Source of the DNA: Octopus vulgaris
Taxonomy: Eukaryota
Direction: 5' to 3'
DNA length: 64,000 nt
Assembly (NCBI GenBank): GCA_951406725.2
Contig: OX597815.1
Location: 214,024,001-214,088,000 of the forward strand
This document shows, piece after piece, positions 39,150 to 51,693 of this stretch (position 1 is the first letter of the stretch; every line of letters begins with the position of its first letter). The notes under the pieces were generated by a model. It had not been told where the DNA came from and searched no databases. It worked only from the letters and a program-made list of their open reading frames with translations. A program made the position numbers and the translations under genes.

Positions 39150-40040
39150 ATTCATAGTTGTATTTATTTAATATTCCCTTGTAGGACATCTTTCTGAGTT
39201 GTGGCTACTTTTGTTTTGTTCACTGATGAATGAAGTAGTAGCGATTAGAAGATAGCTGAAGGAGAGTTGGCGGACTGTTTGTGGTAACTAGATGGTTAAA
39301 CAGGAAGTCATAACTGAAGAGAATTTATAGCAATCAACTGTTTTAAGTTATTGTTTGGTGTAGGCGGTTTAGAAGTTAAAGTGGACAAACCTTTTGAATC
39401 TCATCTAAGTCATCAGTACTGATACCGAAGCGGTGTGTGTTGTGTTCATTGAGGCCTCCTGTATAGATAGATTTGTAGTTTGTAGTTTGTGGTTTGTGGA
39501 GGCGTGTGGCTTAGTGGTTAGGGTGTTGAACTTATGATTGTAAGGTTGTGGTTTCGATTCCTGGACCGGGCGATGCGTTGTGTTCTTGAGCAACACACTT
39601 CATTTTCACGTTGCTCCAGTCCACTCAGCTGACAAAAATGAGTAATCCTGCGACGGACCGATGACCCGTCCAGGTGGGGAATTTCTACGCTGCTGAAACC
39701 GGGAAACCGGCCATTATGAGCCTGGCATGGCTCGAGAAGGAACATTTATTTTTTTTTAGAAGTTTGGGTGTGAATCTGGCGAAAGAATTGTTGCAGCTAG
39801 TGCTGGTATGTACATGATCGTTATATTAATGTGTTATGTATATCGTTTATTCTTTATCTTGAAAGCTTATACTTCTAGTGTAGTGACTCACTGCTTCAAT
39901 GTAGTTTGTGATTATCTGTAGTTCTGGACATAGAACTTCAAGTTTTTGTGAGGCCGGAGTTTGGCCTGTCTTGTCTTACGATTAGTGAAGTCGTGCTATC
40001 TGGACTGTAGTTATATATTTTGTGGTCACTCGCTCACTAC
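39150..40040 (-). pseudogene. Ancient LINE APE-endonuclease remnant split by a SINE D
   Basis: Minus-strand fragments IVRQDR, HINITIMYIPA and SIYTGGLNEH resemble the APE motifs R.DR, N.YIPP and GD.NAH, in the correct order. Confidence 0.35.
39498..39757 (+). mobile_element. CORE-like tRNA SINE family D, full length
   Basis: A-box tggcttagtgg, B-box ggtttcgattcc, and CORE-like gttcttgagcaacacactt...ccactcagctg.caaaaatgag. Sister copy at 58342-58601. Confidence 0.88.
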
Positions 40041-40067
40041 TAGGTGTATCGTTTGACATCTTTTATC

Positions 40068-40385
40068 TTTTTCTTGTTTCAGTTATTAGACTGTGGCCCT
40101 GCTAGGGCACCGATTTGAATGGTTTTAGTCGAAAAAAAAATCGACTCCGGTACATATTAAATCGGCTGCTGTTGCTGAACTGTAAAGATGCAAAGGCGTA
40201 AACAAACCAACACCTGTTGCGAAGCGGTGGGGAGGACAAGCATAAAGACATACACACACCACGCACGCGCACACACACGCACACATCTACGACGGGCTTC
40301 TTTCAATTTGCGCCTACTCACTTCACTCATAACTTATTGGTCGGCACAGATGTGTAGTAGAAGACGGTTGCCCAAGGTGCCAACA
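40068..40385 (-). mobile_element. Old SINE family B
   Basis: Diverged match, including acgacgggcttctttc and cccaaggtgcc. Confidence 0.75.
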
Positions 40386-40526
40386 CCTACACAGGCATGG
40401 CTGTATGGTTATTTCTTCCGGCTCTTTAACGTTCAGAGTTCAAATGTCTCTGAGATCGACTTTACCTTTCATCTTTTAAAATAAGTATCAGTTGATACTT
40501 ATTTTAAAGTACCAAAATTAATAAGA

Positions 40527-40820
40527 CTTATTCTCTTCTTTATGCCTTTAACCCTCCAACTCGGAGTATAGGCCACTTATAGTTGAATTCCATGTCGCAT
40601 AATTTTTCGCATCTGTACTTATACTCTGCCTTGAATGTCCCCTTTTCTCTTGTTCCTTTTGTGTCGATCTCCGCCACGAGTTCTTAGGCCTACCTCTCTT
40701 TCTGTATCCACCCGGTTTCCACTGTAAAGCATTTTTCGCTACATTTGGTGTGTCTTTTCTAATTGTTCTACCAATCCACTTCCACTTTTTCTTAAGTATT
40801 TGCTCCTTAATCGAAACTTC
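40527..40820 (-). mobile_element. RTE-clade LINE 3' end
   Basis: Minus-strand translation IKEQILKKKWKWIGRTIRKDTPNVAKNALQWKPGGYRKRGRPKNSWRRS...W..TISGLYS, a typical RTE C-terminus. Confidence 0.85.
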
Positions 40821-41208
40821 ATAATTGTTTTCTTGCTGTAGTGTATTTCCAGGATAATTAATATACTTTCTTATATGTTATTTTATGTTTACTACAATGT
40901 TATCATATTTTACTACGATGTGTAACGATATCTTTATAGCAGCAGGTGTTTTGTTTTGTTGAAAGCTGGAGTGTATTCAGAGATATTTTAGTTGCTTTGT
41001 TTCATTTGTGCGTCTGAACGTAAGTTTGGTACGAGGACACTCCTACCTTCTCCACAATACTGTTGTCTGTTTAGTGCAGTTTCGTGACCTGTCATTATTT
41101 TTTCCCATGCGTCCGGTTAATCCTCTTGATCGGTACATATTTCTGTGTCGACCTTATACACATATTTTTTATTGTTCGATATCTTGTTTCTGCCTTTATA
41201 TATATTTA

Positions 41209-41346
41209 CTTTATAAAAAAGCAGCAGAAATATAACAGAAATAAGAATTGTTATTTCTGTTCTATTTTAACAAAACTGTCCAACGAACGGGAACGTGAAA
41301 CTCTGAGTAACAGCTTTTGTTACATTTCTGCTGCTTTTAAATAAAG
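41209..41346. repeat. Imperfect inverted repeat (about 30-bp arms) with an inner hairpin
   Basis: ctttataaaaaagcagcagaaatataaca / tgttacatttctgctgcttttaaataaag. Confidence 0.75.
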
Positions 41347-41465
41347 CATATTACTCTACCTCTGGTATTTGAGTACTCCTTTTCCCACCTTGTTTTACAT
41401 TTATGTGCTTACTCCGGTATATATATATATATATATGGAGAGAGAGAGAGAGAGAGAGAGAGATT

Positions 41466-41533
<68 letters not shown>

Positions 41534-41943
41534 TAGATATTTTCTGGCATATTGTATTCAGGATTGGCTTCTTCAATATCCTTTTCCCTATGTGGAGGCG
41601 GTAAAATAGATTTTGATTTTATACAAATACTTAAGATAAGTGCAGAGGCATCAAACCTGAAAATGTGGTTTTTAAAGCAAACTAATCGCATAACCATATC
41701 TACAAACACACACACACACACACACACACAAACACTCGTATATATATTTATATATATGTGTGTGCGTGTATATATATATATATATATAATGTGTGTGTGT
41801 ATATATCTATATATGTATGTATATGTATATATACGTGTATATATATATGCATGAATATATTTATATATATATATATATATATATACATACACATATATAA
41901 ATACTTATATATATATGCATATATATATATATATATATGTATG

Positions 41944-41977
<34 letters not shown>

Positions 41978-42463
41978 TGTATGTATGTATGTATGCATGT
42001 ATGCATAAATTTGTAAGCAAGGTTATGAGATTACATGGCATGTTTAACAAACAACATCGCTAGCCTTTTAGGCCCTCTATGAAAACAGGTTGCACAAAAA
42101 TGCTTCCAAAGACAGGAAGCATGTGCAGATCACGATTTGCTTGCTTAGCTATGGTTGCCGAGGCAATGTAGTCTAAAATACTTAATACAAAATTTTTGCA
42201 CGAACGGGTTAGGCCCATGATTGTAAAGTTTGCCATGCGTAATATTTTGACTAGGAGCACCGACACATGGGTTTCATATTACGTTTTTAAAGCATATTAC
42301 GTTTTAAAAATCGGAAATTAATTAGCACTTCTCAAATTTCTACATTTTCTTACATTTTCTTAATTTAATTAACTTATTATCAGAAATGAACTCGTTTTTA
42401 ATCAAAAATTTATTAAAACATATCCCAGCACACCACATAATTGTTATTAATCGTGAAATTTAG

Positions 42464-43462
42464 TCAATATCTTGTTGCTCCTCCTTTGGCAGCAATGACA
42501 GCTGCTACGCGGGTCGGCATGCTGTCTATGAGTTCCTGCAGGTACTGTGCAAGGATGGCCCCCCATGCAGCAAGAAGTGCCCCAAACAGCTCGTGTCGGT
42601 TCCTGTATTGTTGCACATTCAAATCCCTACCCAATCGACTCCAGAGGTTCTCAATAGGGTTCAGGTCAGGTGACTGGCCAGGCCATCCATGACCGTCACC
42701 CCATATGGTCCTTGAAGAAACTGGTTGTGAGCTTGGCTGTGTGGGAAGGCGCGTTGTCCTGCTGGAGCACGTACTCCTCGCCACCAAAGAGGTATCCCGT
42801 ACTATCTCAACGTACTTTGCTGCGTTGATGTTGCCTTCGATGGCATAGAGCCGCCCAACACCACTGTAGCTGAACGCCCCTCACACCATCAGACCACCCC
42901 CACCATGCTTCATGGTGGCAGCAATGCAGCCTTTGTTGAAGCGCTCACCCCTGCGGCGTCGCACATGGACAGGCTTGTCACTGACGAGACTGAATCGCGA
43001 CTCGTCAGTGAACATCACTGTCCGCCACTACTGCACGGTCCATGTCTTGTGGGCACGGGCCCAGAGCAACCACCTCTTCTGGTTTTGGGCTGTAAGGAGC
43101 GGCTTACGGGTGGCCCTACAGGATTTTAGACCAGCTTCCAGTAATCTGGTCTTGACGGTGGTTGTAGACAACTGCTTCCCTGTCATCTTTTGCATCTCCT
43201 CCGCCAGTTGCCGGCTCGTTGCCTTTCGGTTGTACAGTGACTTTCGGATCAGCATCCGGTCCTCCCGCTGGGTCGTCAGCCTCTTCCGTCCCCTACCCTT
43301 TTTGTCAGCTGCTGATCCGGTTTCCTCGTATTTCTTAAATAAGCACTGAATTGTGCGCCTGGCTACACCAAGTTTTCTGGCTATTGCAACCTCCGACAGT
43401 TTCCCACGCCACGAGAGAGCCTCGTACCGTCTCTCCAAGGTCATGCGAGGTCTTGGGCCCAT
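42464..43462 (-). pseudogene. Tc1 transposase pseudogene with few disruptions
   Basis: HTH IARKLGV, GRGRKRLT, RKPLL, VMFTDESRF, LQQDNAPSH and WPGQSPDLNPIENLW. A few stops and frameshifts. Confidence 0.9.
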
Positions 43463-43621
43463 CTAGGAATGAACGATAAAAACCAGTTATTTTCATTAAA
43501 ACTATTTATTTGAATAATGTTATGCTATAACAAAACTGCTATGAGTTATTATTCATTAAACAAAAAAGAAAGAAAGCAGAATTTCTCACCTTATTTGATG
43601 TATAACAGAAAGTTTTGTGAA

Positions 43622-43636
43622 CCGGAAGTGACGTCA
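43622..43636. promoter_or_regulatory. ETS-CRE composite motif CCGGAAGTGACGTCA upstream of the Tc1 transposase
   Basis: Exact overlapping CCGGAAGT plus TGACGTCA, about 33 bp upstream of a putative splice donor. Function is inferred. Confidence 0.4.
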
Positions 43637-44133
43637 CCAAGCAGAGTGTAGGAGAATTTGTGAGGAAAAAAAATCTTGCAAATACACGAATCAATTAACC
43701 TACGAGCTGTTCAAAACGTCTTACGCGATGAGAAAACTTAGTACGGTGTGATTTCGGTCCTTGCGAGGCGCTACCTATATCTATTAAACAAAGGAAGATT
43801 TGTCTGCATCCGCACTCCAAGTTGTTGTTGCACTGCTATGTCAACATTATTAGGCTGTAGACTCTCAAACCGCTCTGCAAACAAAGTTACGTCATCGTTC
43901 TGCGCAACAGTGAACTCGCAACAAAGCAATAGTTCGAGATATGGCCACTAGGTGACAGCAAATACCTTGAGTGAAGAGCAAATCAAGGGTGCTAATTAAT
44001 TTCTGACGGTAGTGTATATATATATATATATATATATGATGTGTGTATGTGTGTGTGTGTGCATGTGTGTACTTCCACGTGTATAAGTATATATTCGAAT
44101 ATGTATGCGTATATACATATATATATATGTAAA

Positions 44134-44349
44134 CGTGAGCGTGCTGAGAAGTTCCTGGCTTTGAGTAAAAGAAAATACGGGTGGATCAGTTAATTATGGT
44201 TTTATTCAACTTATTCTCCTCTTAGATTCGCACACTTACTGTAGCCGTCCTCAGTTATTCTAAACCCCGTAAAATGAACTCGGAAGGTTGCGCCTTGGAC
44301 CAAGCCTTTCGCGAAACCCTTAAAGTCAGGATCTTTTCAGCACCCACTC

Positions 44350-44350
<1 letters not shown>
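44134..44350 (-). mobile_element. mariner-derived MITE (same family as 2987-3203)
   Basis: Same TIRs; interior in reverse orientation. Confidence 0.85.
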
Positions 44351-44383
<33 letters not shown>

Positions 44384-44459
44384 ATGCATGTATGTATGTG
44401 TATGTGTGTGAGAGCCTATATGTGTGTGTATATGCGTGTACAATTCATTGACAAGAGCA

Positions 44460-45290
44460 ATGTGCACAGATGGGTAAATGCATTTAGAGGAAGTGAAACC
44501 AACAGTGAATGCAAACCAGGCGGTAGGTAACCATCAACGGCGACCACCGACACCAAACGTCGGCGAGTGGGCGAATTGATTCGACGAGCTCCAGTGCACG
44601 AGATCGCTGCACAATGTCTTACTGGTGATGAAGAAAGATTTTAGAAGTCAGAAATCGTGTGCAAACTGAAGATCTAGGCAGGCCGTTGGTACCTGGTCTG
44701 AATGAGAGAAATCTGAGTCTGCTCTAATCTGCTCTAATACAGCTTGAGTTTTTCTATTTGGTAACAGGGGATGAAATGTGCGTGTATCGTTATGATCGGA
44801 AAACGAAGACTCAGTCCCTAGAATGGTGCTGCATCTCTTTTCCATGGCCTCAGAAATTCAAGAGCCAGCGATCGGCACAGAAAGTCATGGCATCTGACTT
44901 TTGATTGTTTGGGTTGGGAGAGAGAGGACAAGTGTATTAGTGTCCTTGATTTTCGGGAATGTTATACGGTGAACAGCGAGTGACACATTAAGACCTGAAC
45001 ACGAATTTGAAAACGATCTCCACTCACCATGACGCATAACTATACACATTGTTGGTTACAAATGATGTAATCAACAAACTGACTTGACCATTGCTCTACC
45101 ATTGATCCTGCAGCCCGCATCTGGCGTCCTCTGACATTCACTTGCTCCGTCCAATGTATCAAATCAGTCTTCGATCGGGTGAATGTGGTTTTAAAAAAGA
45201 AGTTGATGCAACACTGCATGCATGAATTTTCATGGAGAACTTGAGAAATTAGTTCAATGATAGTGTATATGCATCTCTTGAGAGCTTGAG
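44460..45290 (+). pseudogene. Decayed mariner transposase
   Basis: LVTGDEMCVYRYDRKTKTQSLEW...PQKFKSQRSAQKVMA (about 44758-44895) and SPHLASSDIHL (about 45112), i.e. the TGDE and YSPDLAPSDF motifs. Confidence 0.7.
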
Positions 45291-45412
45291 ATGCATATTA
45301 TGTTTAATGGTACCGTTGTTATAGGGGAGGACTTACTTTATCAACGTGCATAATTTGTAAGATCCATGTCAGTTAATAAGAGAGTCATGCCCACTTTAGC
45401 ATTACCCTTATA

Positions 45413-45791
45413 TTGGATTGGAAGCACTCCGTCGGTTACGACGACGAGGGTTCCGGTTGATCCGATCAACGGAACAGCCTGTTCGTGAAACTAACGTGTA
45501 AGTGGCTGAGTACTCCACAGACACTTGTACCCTTAACGTAGTTCTCGGGGATATTCAGCGTGACACAGAGAGTGACAAGGCCGGCCCTTTGAAATACAGG
45601 TACAACAGAAACAGGAAGGAAGAGTGAGAGAAAGGTGTGGTGAAAGAGTACAGCAGGGATCACTACCATCCCTGCCGGAGCCTCGTGGAGCTTTAGGTGT
45701 TTTCGCTCAATAAACACTCACAATGCCCGGTCTGGGAATCGAAACCGCGATCCTACGACCGCGAGTCCGCTGCCCTAATCATTGCGTCTCC
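45413..45791 (-). mobile_element. tRNA SINE family C, full length, with 10-bp TSD
   Basis: TSD tacccttata at 45403-45412 and 45792-45801. B-box ggtttcgattccc. Confidence 0.9.
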
Positions 45792-46334
45792 TACCCTTAT
45801 ACATGTATATGCATACATATATATGTGTGTATGTGTATGTGCACACACACACTATTTTTTCCTAGTGTGTGTAAGCGCTTTCGATTAATCTTTTCAAACA
45901 CGCGTGCTTTTCGGTTTGATTGATTTTCGATCTGGCATTTGGTGTTGGGTTAACTACTGCTGACGATCCGCAATTTACGGTGAAATCACGTGATACAGTA
46001 GGGCCATCCATCGGTGATAACGAAAATTTCATCAGTTGATATTAACATATGCTGTTTAACATTCGTCGCCAACATAAAATGATTTCTTGGGACGTTTCCC
46101 GCAGTCTAAGGCATTCTAAAAAACAGATCCAATTTAAGCTGAATGTACTAATAATTATTTGTTACAAAGGCTGTTTCTGTCGCTTATAGTTAATTCATTC
46201 ACAGTCCGCCGGCTTTTCGCTACATCACCGACCAGTGTTATCTCTCTCTATATAAACAGAGAAAGAAGTGAAGAGAAATAGTATTTACGCATATTATTTT
46301 GTGTTAATTTTTGACTGAGTAACTAAACGTGCGA

Positions 46335-46600
46335 GGAAGGCGCGTAGCTTAGTAAAGATATTCGGCTCACAAGAGCATGGCCGTGACTTTGATACTCGGT
46401 GGTGTGTCGTGTCCTTGAGCAAGACACTATATTTCACATCTACTCAGCTGGCAACAATGAGTAGTACTTGTATTTGAGAGGGCCAGCCTTGTCACATCCC
46501 GTGTCACGCTGCATTTCCTTGTGAACTACATTAATCGTACACATGTCTGCTCAACCACATGCACGTTAAACTCACGAGCAGCAGACGGTTCCGTTGAGTG
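46335..46600 (+). mobile_element. Old CORE-like SINE with a family C-type 3' region
   Basis: gtgtccttgagcaagacact, actcagctggcaacaatgag, then gggccagccttgtcac...gaactac as in family C. Confidence 0.65.
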
Positions 46601-46633
46601 CCAGAATGCGTATATGCATACGGGTATGTCTAC

Positions 46634-46701
<68 letters not shown>

Positions 46702-47350
46702 GAGTGAGTGAGAGAGAACGAGAGAAAGAGAGAAATGTTAGTTTTACTACATTGGTAATAGTGAGCGATTTCTACTGTTGAAATGTTTTCGGGCCAAGTT
46801 ATTTATGTATTTAGTTAGTGAGTTATTAGAACGTTAGAATTTCTCCAAATTTTACCCACACTTAACTTCCTATGTCAATTTCAATCCAGAGATGAACACA
46901 TCAACACATCTGACGTTACCACTACTTTCCCTACCGGAACTGCCAGGAAGAATTCAATCACTGACGTCAAATATTAACGCTAGTGAAGTGTAGGTTGCCT
47001 GAATGCTCATCTGTATTAATAACGGACTGTAAATCATAACCAAACTTGCCGTAGTTTAGATTCTTTTACGGCATTTCTGGCTATGGGTGAATTGTATTTC
47101 AAGCTACGAAAGATAACTTTGCTAAAATATATTTAGGCCAATAATCCGAATCTCGCAGAACTGCGATTGAATCTTCTACTTAGATTTGTACTTTTATCCT
47201 GCATACCTTTATTATTATTATTATTATTATTATTATATTTATCAGAGTTATATATACTTTTGTATATCTTTGCTATTTAATGCAAATTCATTGGCTTTAC
47301 TAAAAGAAAGATAATGAGTAAAAAGTAGTAGTTATATAAGGGAAACAGGA

Positions 47351-47765
47351 AGGCGGCGAGCTGGCAGAGTGGTTAGCACGCCGGGCGAAATGCTTAGCGG
47401 TATTTCGTCTGCCACTACGTCTGAGTTCAAATTCCGCCGAGGTCGACTTTGCCTTTCATCCTTTCGGGGTCGATTAAATAAGTACCATTTACGCACTGGG
47501 GTCGATATAATCGACTTAATCCGTTTGTCTGTCCTTGTTTGTCCTCTCTGTGTTTAGCCCCTTGTGGGTAGTAAAGAAATAGGTATTTCGTCTGCCGTTA
47601 CGTTCTGAGTTCAAATTCCACCGAGGTCGACTTTGCTTTTCATCCTTTTGGAGTCGATAAATAAAGCACCAGTTTCGCACTGGGGTCGATGTTATCGACT
47701 TAATCTCTTTGTCTGTCCTTGTTTGTCTCCTCTATGTTTAGCCCCTTGTGGGCAATAAAGAAATA
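47351..47765 (+). mobile_element. SINE A partial dimer with 15-bp TSD
   Basis: The unit restarts at gtatttcgtctgcc after the aaagaaatag tail. Flanks share tatataagggaaaca. Confidence 0.9.
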
Positions 47766-48057
47766 TATATATAAGGGAAACAATAAAGGTAACTGCGACC
47801 TTATGTGAGATATATACGTATTACTTTGACACAAGTGATATTCAGTGACATAAACGAGACTTATTTATTCATTCATCTTTTGGGAAGTGAGTATATTGTG
47901 TTCAAAACTTTAAAAGTTCTTATAAGCTGATTTCTGTTCCTTCTAGCTATTGTTCCTTGTAAATGGTCTACAGCTCCATTTAATTTCTTTTAACTTGCCT
48001 CTTTGGCAAAGCAAAACAACAGCAAAAAAAAACCCCCAAACTAATATAACGAAACTG

Positions 48058-48282
48058 TTTACTACCTAAAGGGGCTAAACACAGAGAGAACAAACAAGGA
48101 CAGACAAACGGATTAAGTCGATTATATCGACCCCAGTGCGTAACTGGTACTTATTTATTCGACCCCGAAAGGATGAAAGGCAAAGTCGACCTCGACGGAA
48201 TTTAAACTCAGAACGTAAAGACAGACGAAATACCGCTAAGCATTTCGCTCGGCGGGCTAACGTTTCTACCAGCTCGCCGCCT
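48058..48282 (-). mobile_element. Young SINE A
   Basis: Full-length reverse match. Confidence 0.9.
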
Positions 48283-49769
48283 TCCTTTGTTATAATATTA
48301 TTATGAGCCACTGAGTGAGTTTTCGGCAAGTTACAATCACCGCTGCTATCTCTCTGGCCTTGATTGATTCAAGTGCTACGTACGCTGTCCAGCTGGCCAA
48401 CAAAAGTCTCGTCTCTCGTTAGACAAGGTAGAAATTATTACTAAATTCCTCTTGAATTAAAGAATATTGTCTCTGGAAAAGGAAGGGCAAAATTCAAATA
48501 ATGAAGTTCCTAAAAAAAAAAAGAATAAAAAATGTTCAGAGCTGAACTGTCTCTTATCATTAGCCTGCTTTGATCAAATCTAACCTGAAGTTCAACAACA
48601 ACAACAGCAACTATTCACACTGCTAATTACTTCGAGAATATGATTTGCACAGCAAATCTCCTTTGAATAGAATATAGTTAAAATCAGAACGTAGATCAAA
48701 CTTATATTTACCAAGTCAAAGCAGTGAATAATAAAGGAACGAAAACCACAGCAACGCTTAAGTTTGTAATTGATAAAATAGCATTTCTCTTTAGCTACTA
48801 ATATCACTGATGAAAGCCACAACATCTCACAATATTTGATTGTCCTTTGACAAATCATTATCCAGAAGAAATGTATTCTTACTGAAAAACAATCGGATAG
48901 GAAAAATATATCAACCGCATTCCATAGAATATAATTGTATGATATTATAGAATTAATTGCAATAAACCACTAAGATTCAATATTTCTGAAGTGAATTATT
49001 TGCTAGATCCTTATAGATTAATGTCAATAAAATCCAATCTTTTGTACTCCTAATTTCAATACAATTCTTTCTTGTATATTCTCCGATACACCATTGGGAG
49101 CAGATAAAAGATGCAAACACTATGATTAAATTAAATCGAATTAAATTTATTGTTAGTGAACCAACCAGAATTGAAAGACAAAACATATTTATATTACAAT
49201 GAAATGAAGCGAGAGATAGAAAGAGCGTAGTTGGAATGGAAATAAAATTGTGAACAACTGGTGATACTCAATAAATTTCCATAACAGATATGTGTTCAAA
49301 CATATTCTAGGGAAAACGTATATGCTAAAAATATATTGTCTGAAACTGATCGGATATTATGCCGATGGAAACAGTTAAAATAAAAACACACAGGATTATA
49401 TTAATAGTTCGATTTTGGCATCATCGTAATGGTTTTCCTAATTTAATACAGATTGCTATCTTTATCTTTCAGATCTATATACTAGTTTTAATTTCCATTC
49501 CCAATTCATTCAGATTGGCATTTGAAGCGCTTTCTCATATAACATATATTTCAACAGAAAATATAAACTGAGTAATAAGAGAAATTGCTTTTAACCAAAA
49601 CAAATAAAGAAATATCTATGGAAATATCTTAGCGTTTCAACGCTATAACATTATCCGCGATTATAAATGTCAAAGAAACAGAGTGGAGAATACACGCACA
49701 CATATACACATACACATACGTACACACTCACGCATATATAGATTATCTATCTGTCAATTTATCTTTGTA

Positions 49770-49821
<52 letters not shown>

Positions 49822-49824
<3 letters not shown>

Positions 49825-51076
49825 GGCTTGGACAAAATAATGGAAACACCTAGCATCATAGCATCATAATTTTGAAATATCTATAAAACCATCAAATGCT
49901 TTTTTTTTATGTTTTTTTTTCTTATTACTGTTGCTTGATATGTTTTGCTAAAATTGCTGTTTCTTTTCAGATATCACCAGAGAAAGGTAAATAAAATTCA
50001 TTAAAATGACAGATCTATCTCAAAGAAATAAAATTGGTGCTCATATGGCAGGCACTAGCCTAACGAAAACAGCCGAAATGTATCAAGAAGTACTGTCTCA
50101 AAAGTATTGACAGCCTTTGAGAAAGAAGGAAAAACCTCCTTGTCGAAACAAAATTCCGGAAGAAAACCAAAACTTTCAGATAGGGACCATCAGACTCTTA
50201 CGCGAATTGTTAGAAAGGCTCACAAAAGTACAACTCCCAAAATTACTGCGGAACTTAATGACCACCCCGAGAACCCAGTTTCCACAAAAACTGTTCGCCA
50301 GGAGCAGCACAAAGCCGGATTTCACGGGAGGGATGCAATCAGAAAAGCACTACTTTCAAAAACAAACGTTACAAAGCGTTTAGAGTGGAGTAAAAACCTA
50401 CAGAATTGGTCCCTAGAGTAGTTGAAGAATGTTACTTTCTCGGACGAGTCAACCTTTACCTTATTTCCGACCACCGACCGAGTATACGTCTGTAGACAGC
50501 CAAAATAAGCATTTGACCCAGACTGCCTTCTTCCAATTCTTAAATATGGAGGAGGATCTGTGATGATCTGGGGAGTAGCTATATCTTGGAAATCCGCCGA
50601 CCCAATGGTTTCCCTTCATGACAGAATTCATAGTCAAGACTATTTAAGCATTTTATCTGATCAAATTCATCCTATGGTTACGGAACTGTTTCCAGAGGGA
50701 GCGCAATCTTTCAGGATGATAATGCACCAATTCACACAGCGAAAGTTGTTACTGAATGGTACAAGGAACATTCTAGTGAAGTTGGACATCTTATCTGGCC
50801 ATCACAATCTCCAGATCTCAATATTATTGAACTTTTATGGTGTATTTTAGAAAAAACAAGTAAGGAGTCGATATCCCCCACCATCATCACTACAACAACA
50901 GGAGACTGTTTTAGCTGAAGAATGGACAAAAATTCCTTTAGAAACGATTCAAATTTTGTACGAGTCCTTACCTCGTAGAATGCAAGCTGTAATTATTGCC
51001 AAAGGCGGTCCTACCCCATATTAAAATTAATTTTTTTGAAATTTTAAGGTGCTTCCATTATTTTGTCCAACCCCTG
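49822..51076 (+). mobile_element. Tc1-family transposon with 30-bp TIRs, TA duplication and degenerate transposase
   Basis: TIRs cagggcttggacaaaataatggaaacacct / aggtgcttccattattttgtccaacccctg. Motifs [21 protein letters not shown] and [12 protein letters not shown]. Confidence 0.93.
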
Positions 51077-51091
51077 TATATAGATAGATTT

Positions 51092-51313
51092 GTTTTACTT
51101 TTTTCTTTTTACTTGTTTCAGTCAGTTGACTACAGCCATGCTGGAGCACTGCCTTAAAGAGTGTTAGTCGGAGAAATTGACCCCAGGACTTATTCTTTGT
51201 AAGTCCAGTACTTATCCTATCCATCTCTTATGCCGAACCACTTAGTTACTGGCACGTAAACACACCAGCATCGGTTGTCAAGTGATGGCGAGGGTAGAGC
51301 AAACAAAACACAC

Positions 51314-51320
<7 letters not shown>
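51092..51320 (-). mobile_element. SINE B, 3' half
   Basis: Tail and post-microsatellite body present; tRNA head absent. Confidence 0.8.
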
Positions 51321-51379
<59 letters not shown>

Positions 51380-51383
<4 letters not shown>

Positions 51384-51693
51384 CGTTATATAATTAGGGT
51401 TCAGTAAAAAAATTTAGTTTGCCACACACCGAACTTTTAGAAATAGCAGCCAAAAAATTTAGCTATTTCCTCTACTATAAGTCTCCCAGACAATGTATAC
51501 TCAAGTAATCGATGTATGTGTGATCTTTCGTTATTTTCCCCTCTATACCTATGTGAATTACTTTTGAGTATACATTGTCTGGGAGACTTTTCTTATAGTA
51601 GAGGAAATAGCTAAATTTTTTGGCTGCTATTTCTAAAAGTTCGGTGTGTGGTAAAGTAAATTATTTTACTGCACCCTAATTATATAACGTAAT
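51380..51693. repeat. Long foldback with arms of about 125 bp
   Basis: attacgttatataattagggt...tctcccagacaatgtatactca pairs almost perfectly with tgagtatacattgtctgggaga...accctaattatataacgtaat. Confidence 0.92.

Larger units (their letters stand above)
42311..44014 (-). mobile_element. Tc1-family (DD34E-type) transposon, near full length
   Basis: TIR remnants cggaaatttaattagcac / gtgctaattaatttctgacggtagtg followed by TA. Contains the transposase pseudogene below. Confidence 0.9.

Noticed and set aside
39498-39570. tRNA gene calls for SINE heads (also 5420, 28845, 45720)
   Set aside because: They have A/B boxes but continue into SINE bodies and tails, several with TSDs, and do not give clean cloverleaves.
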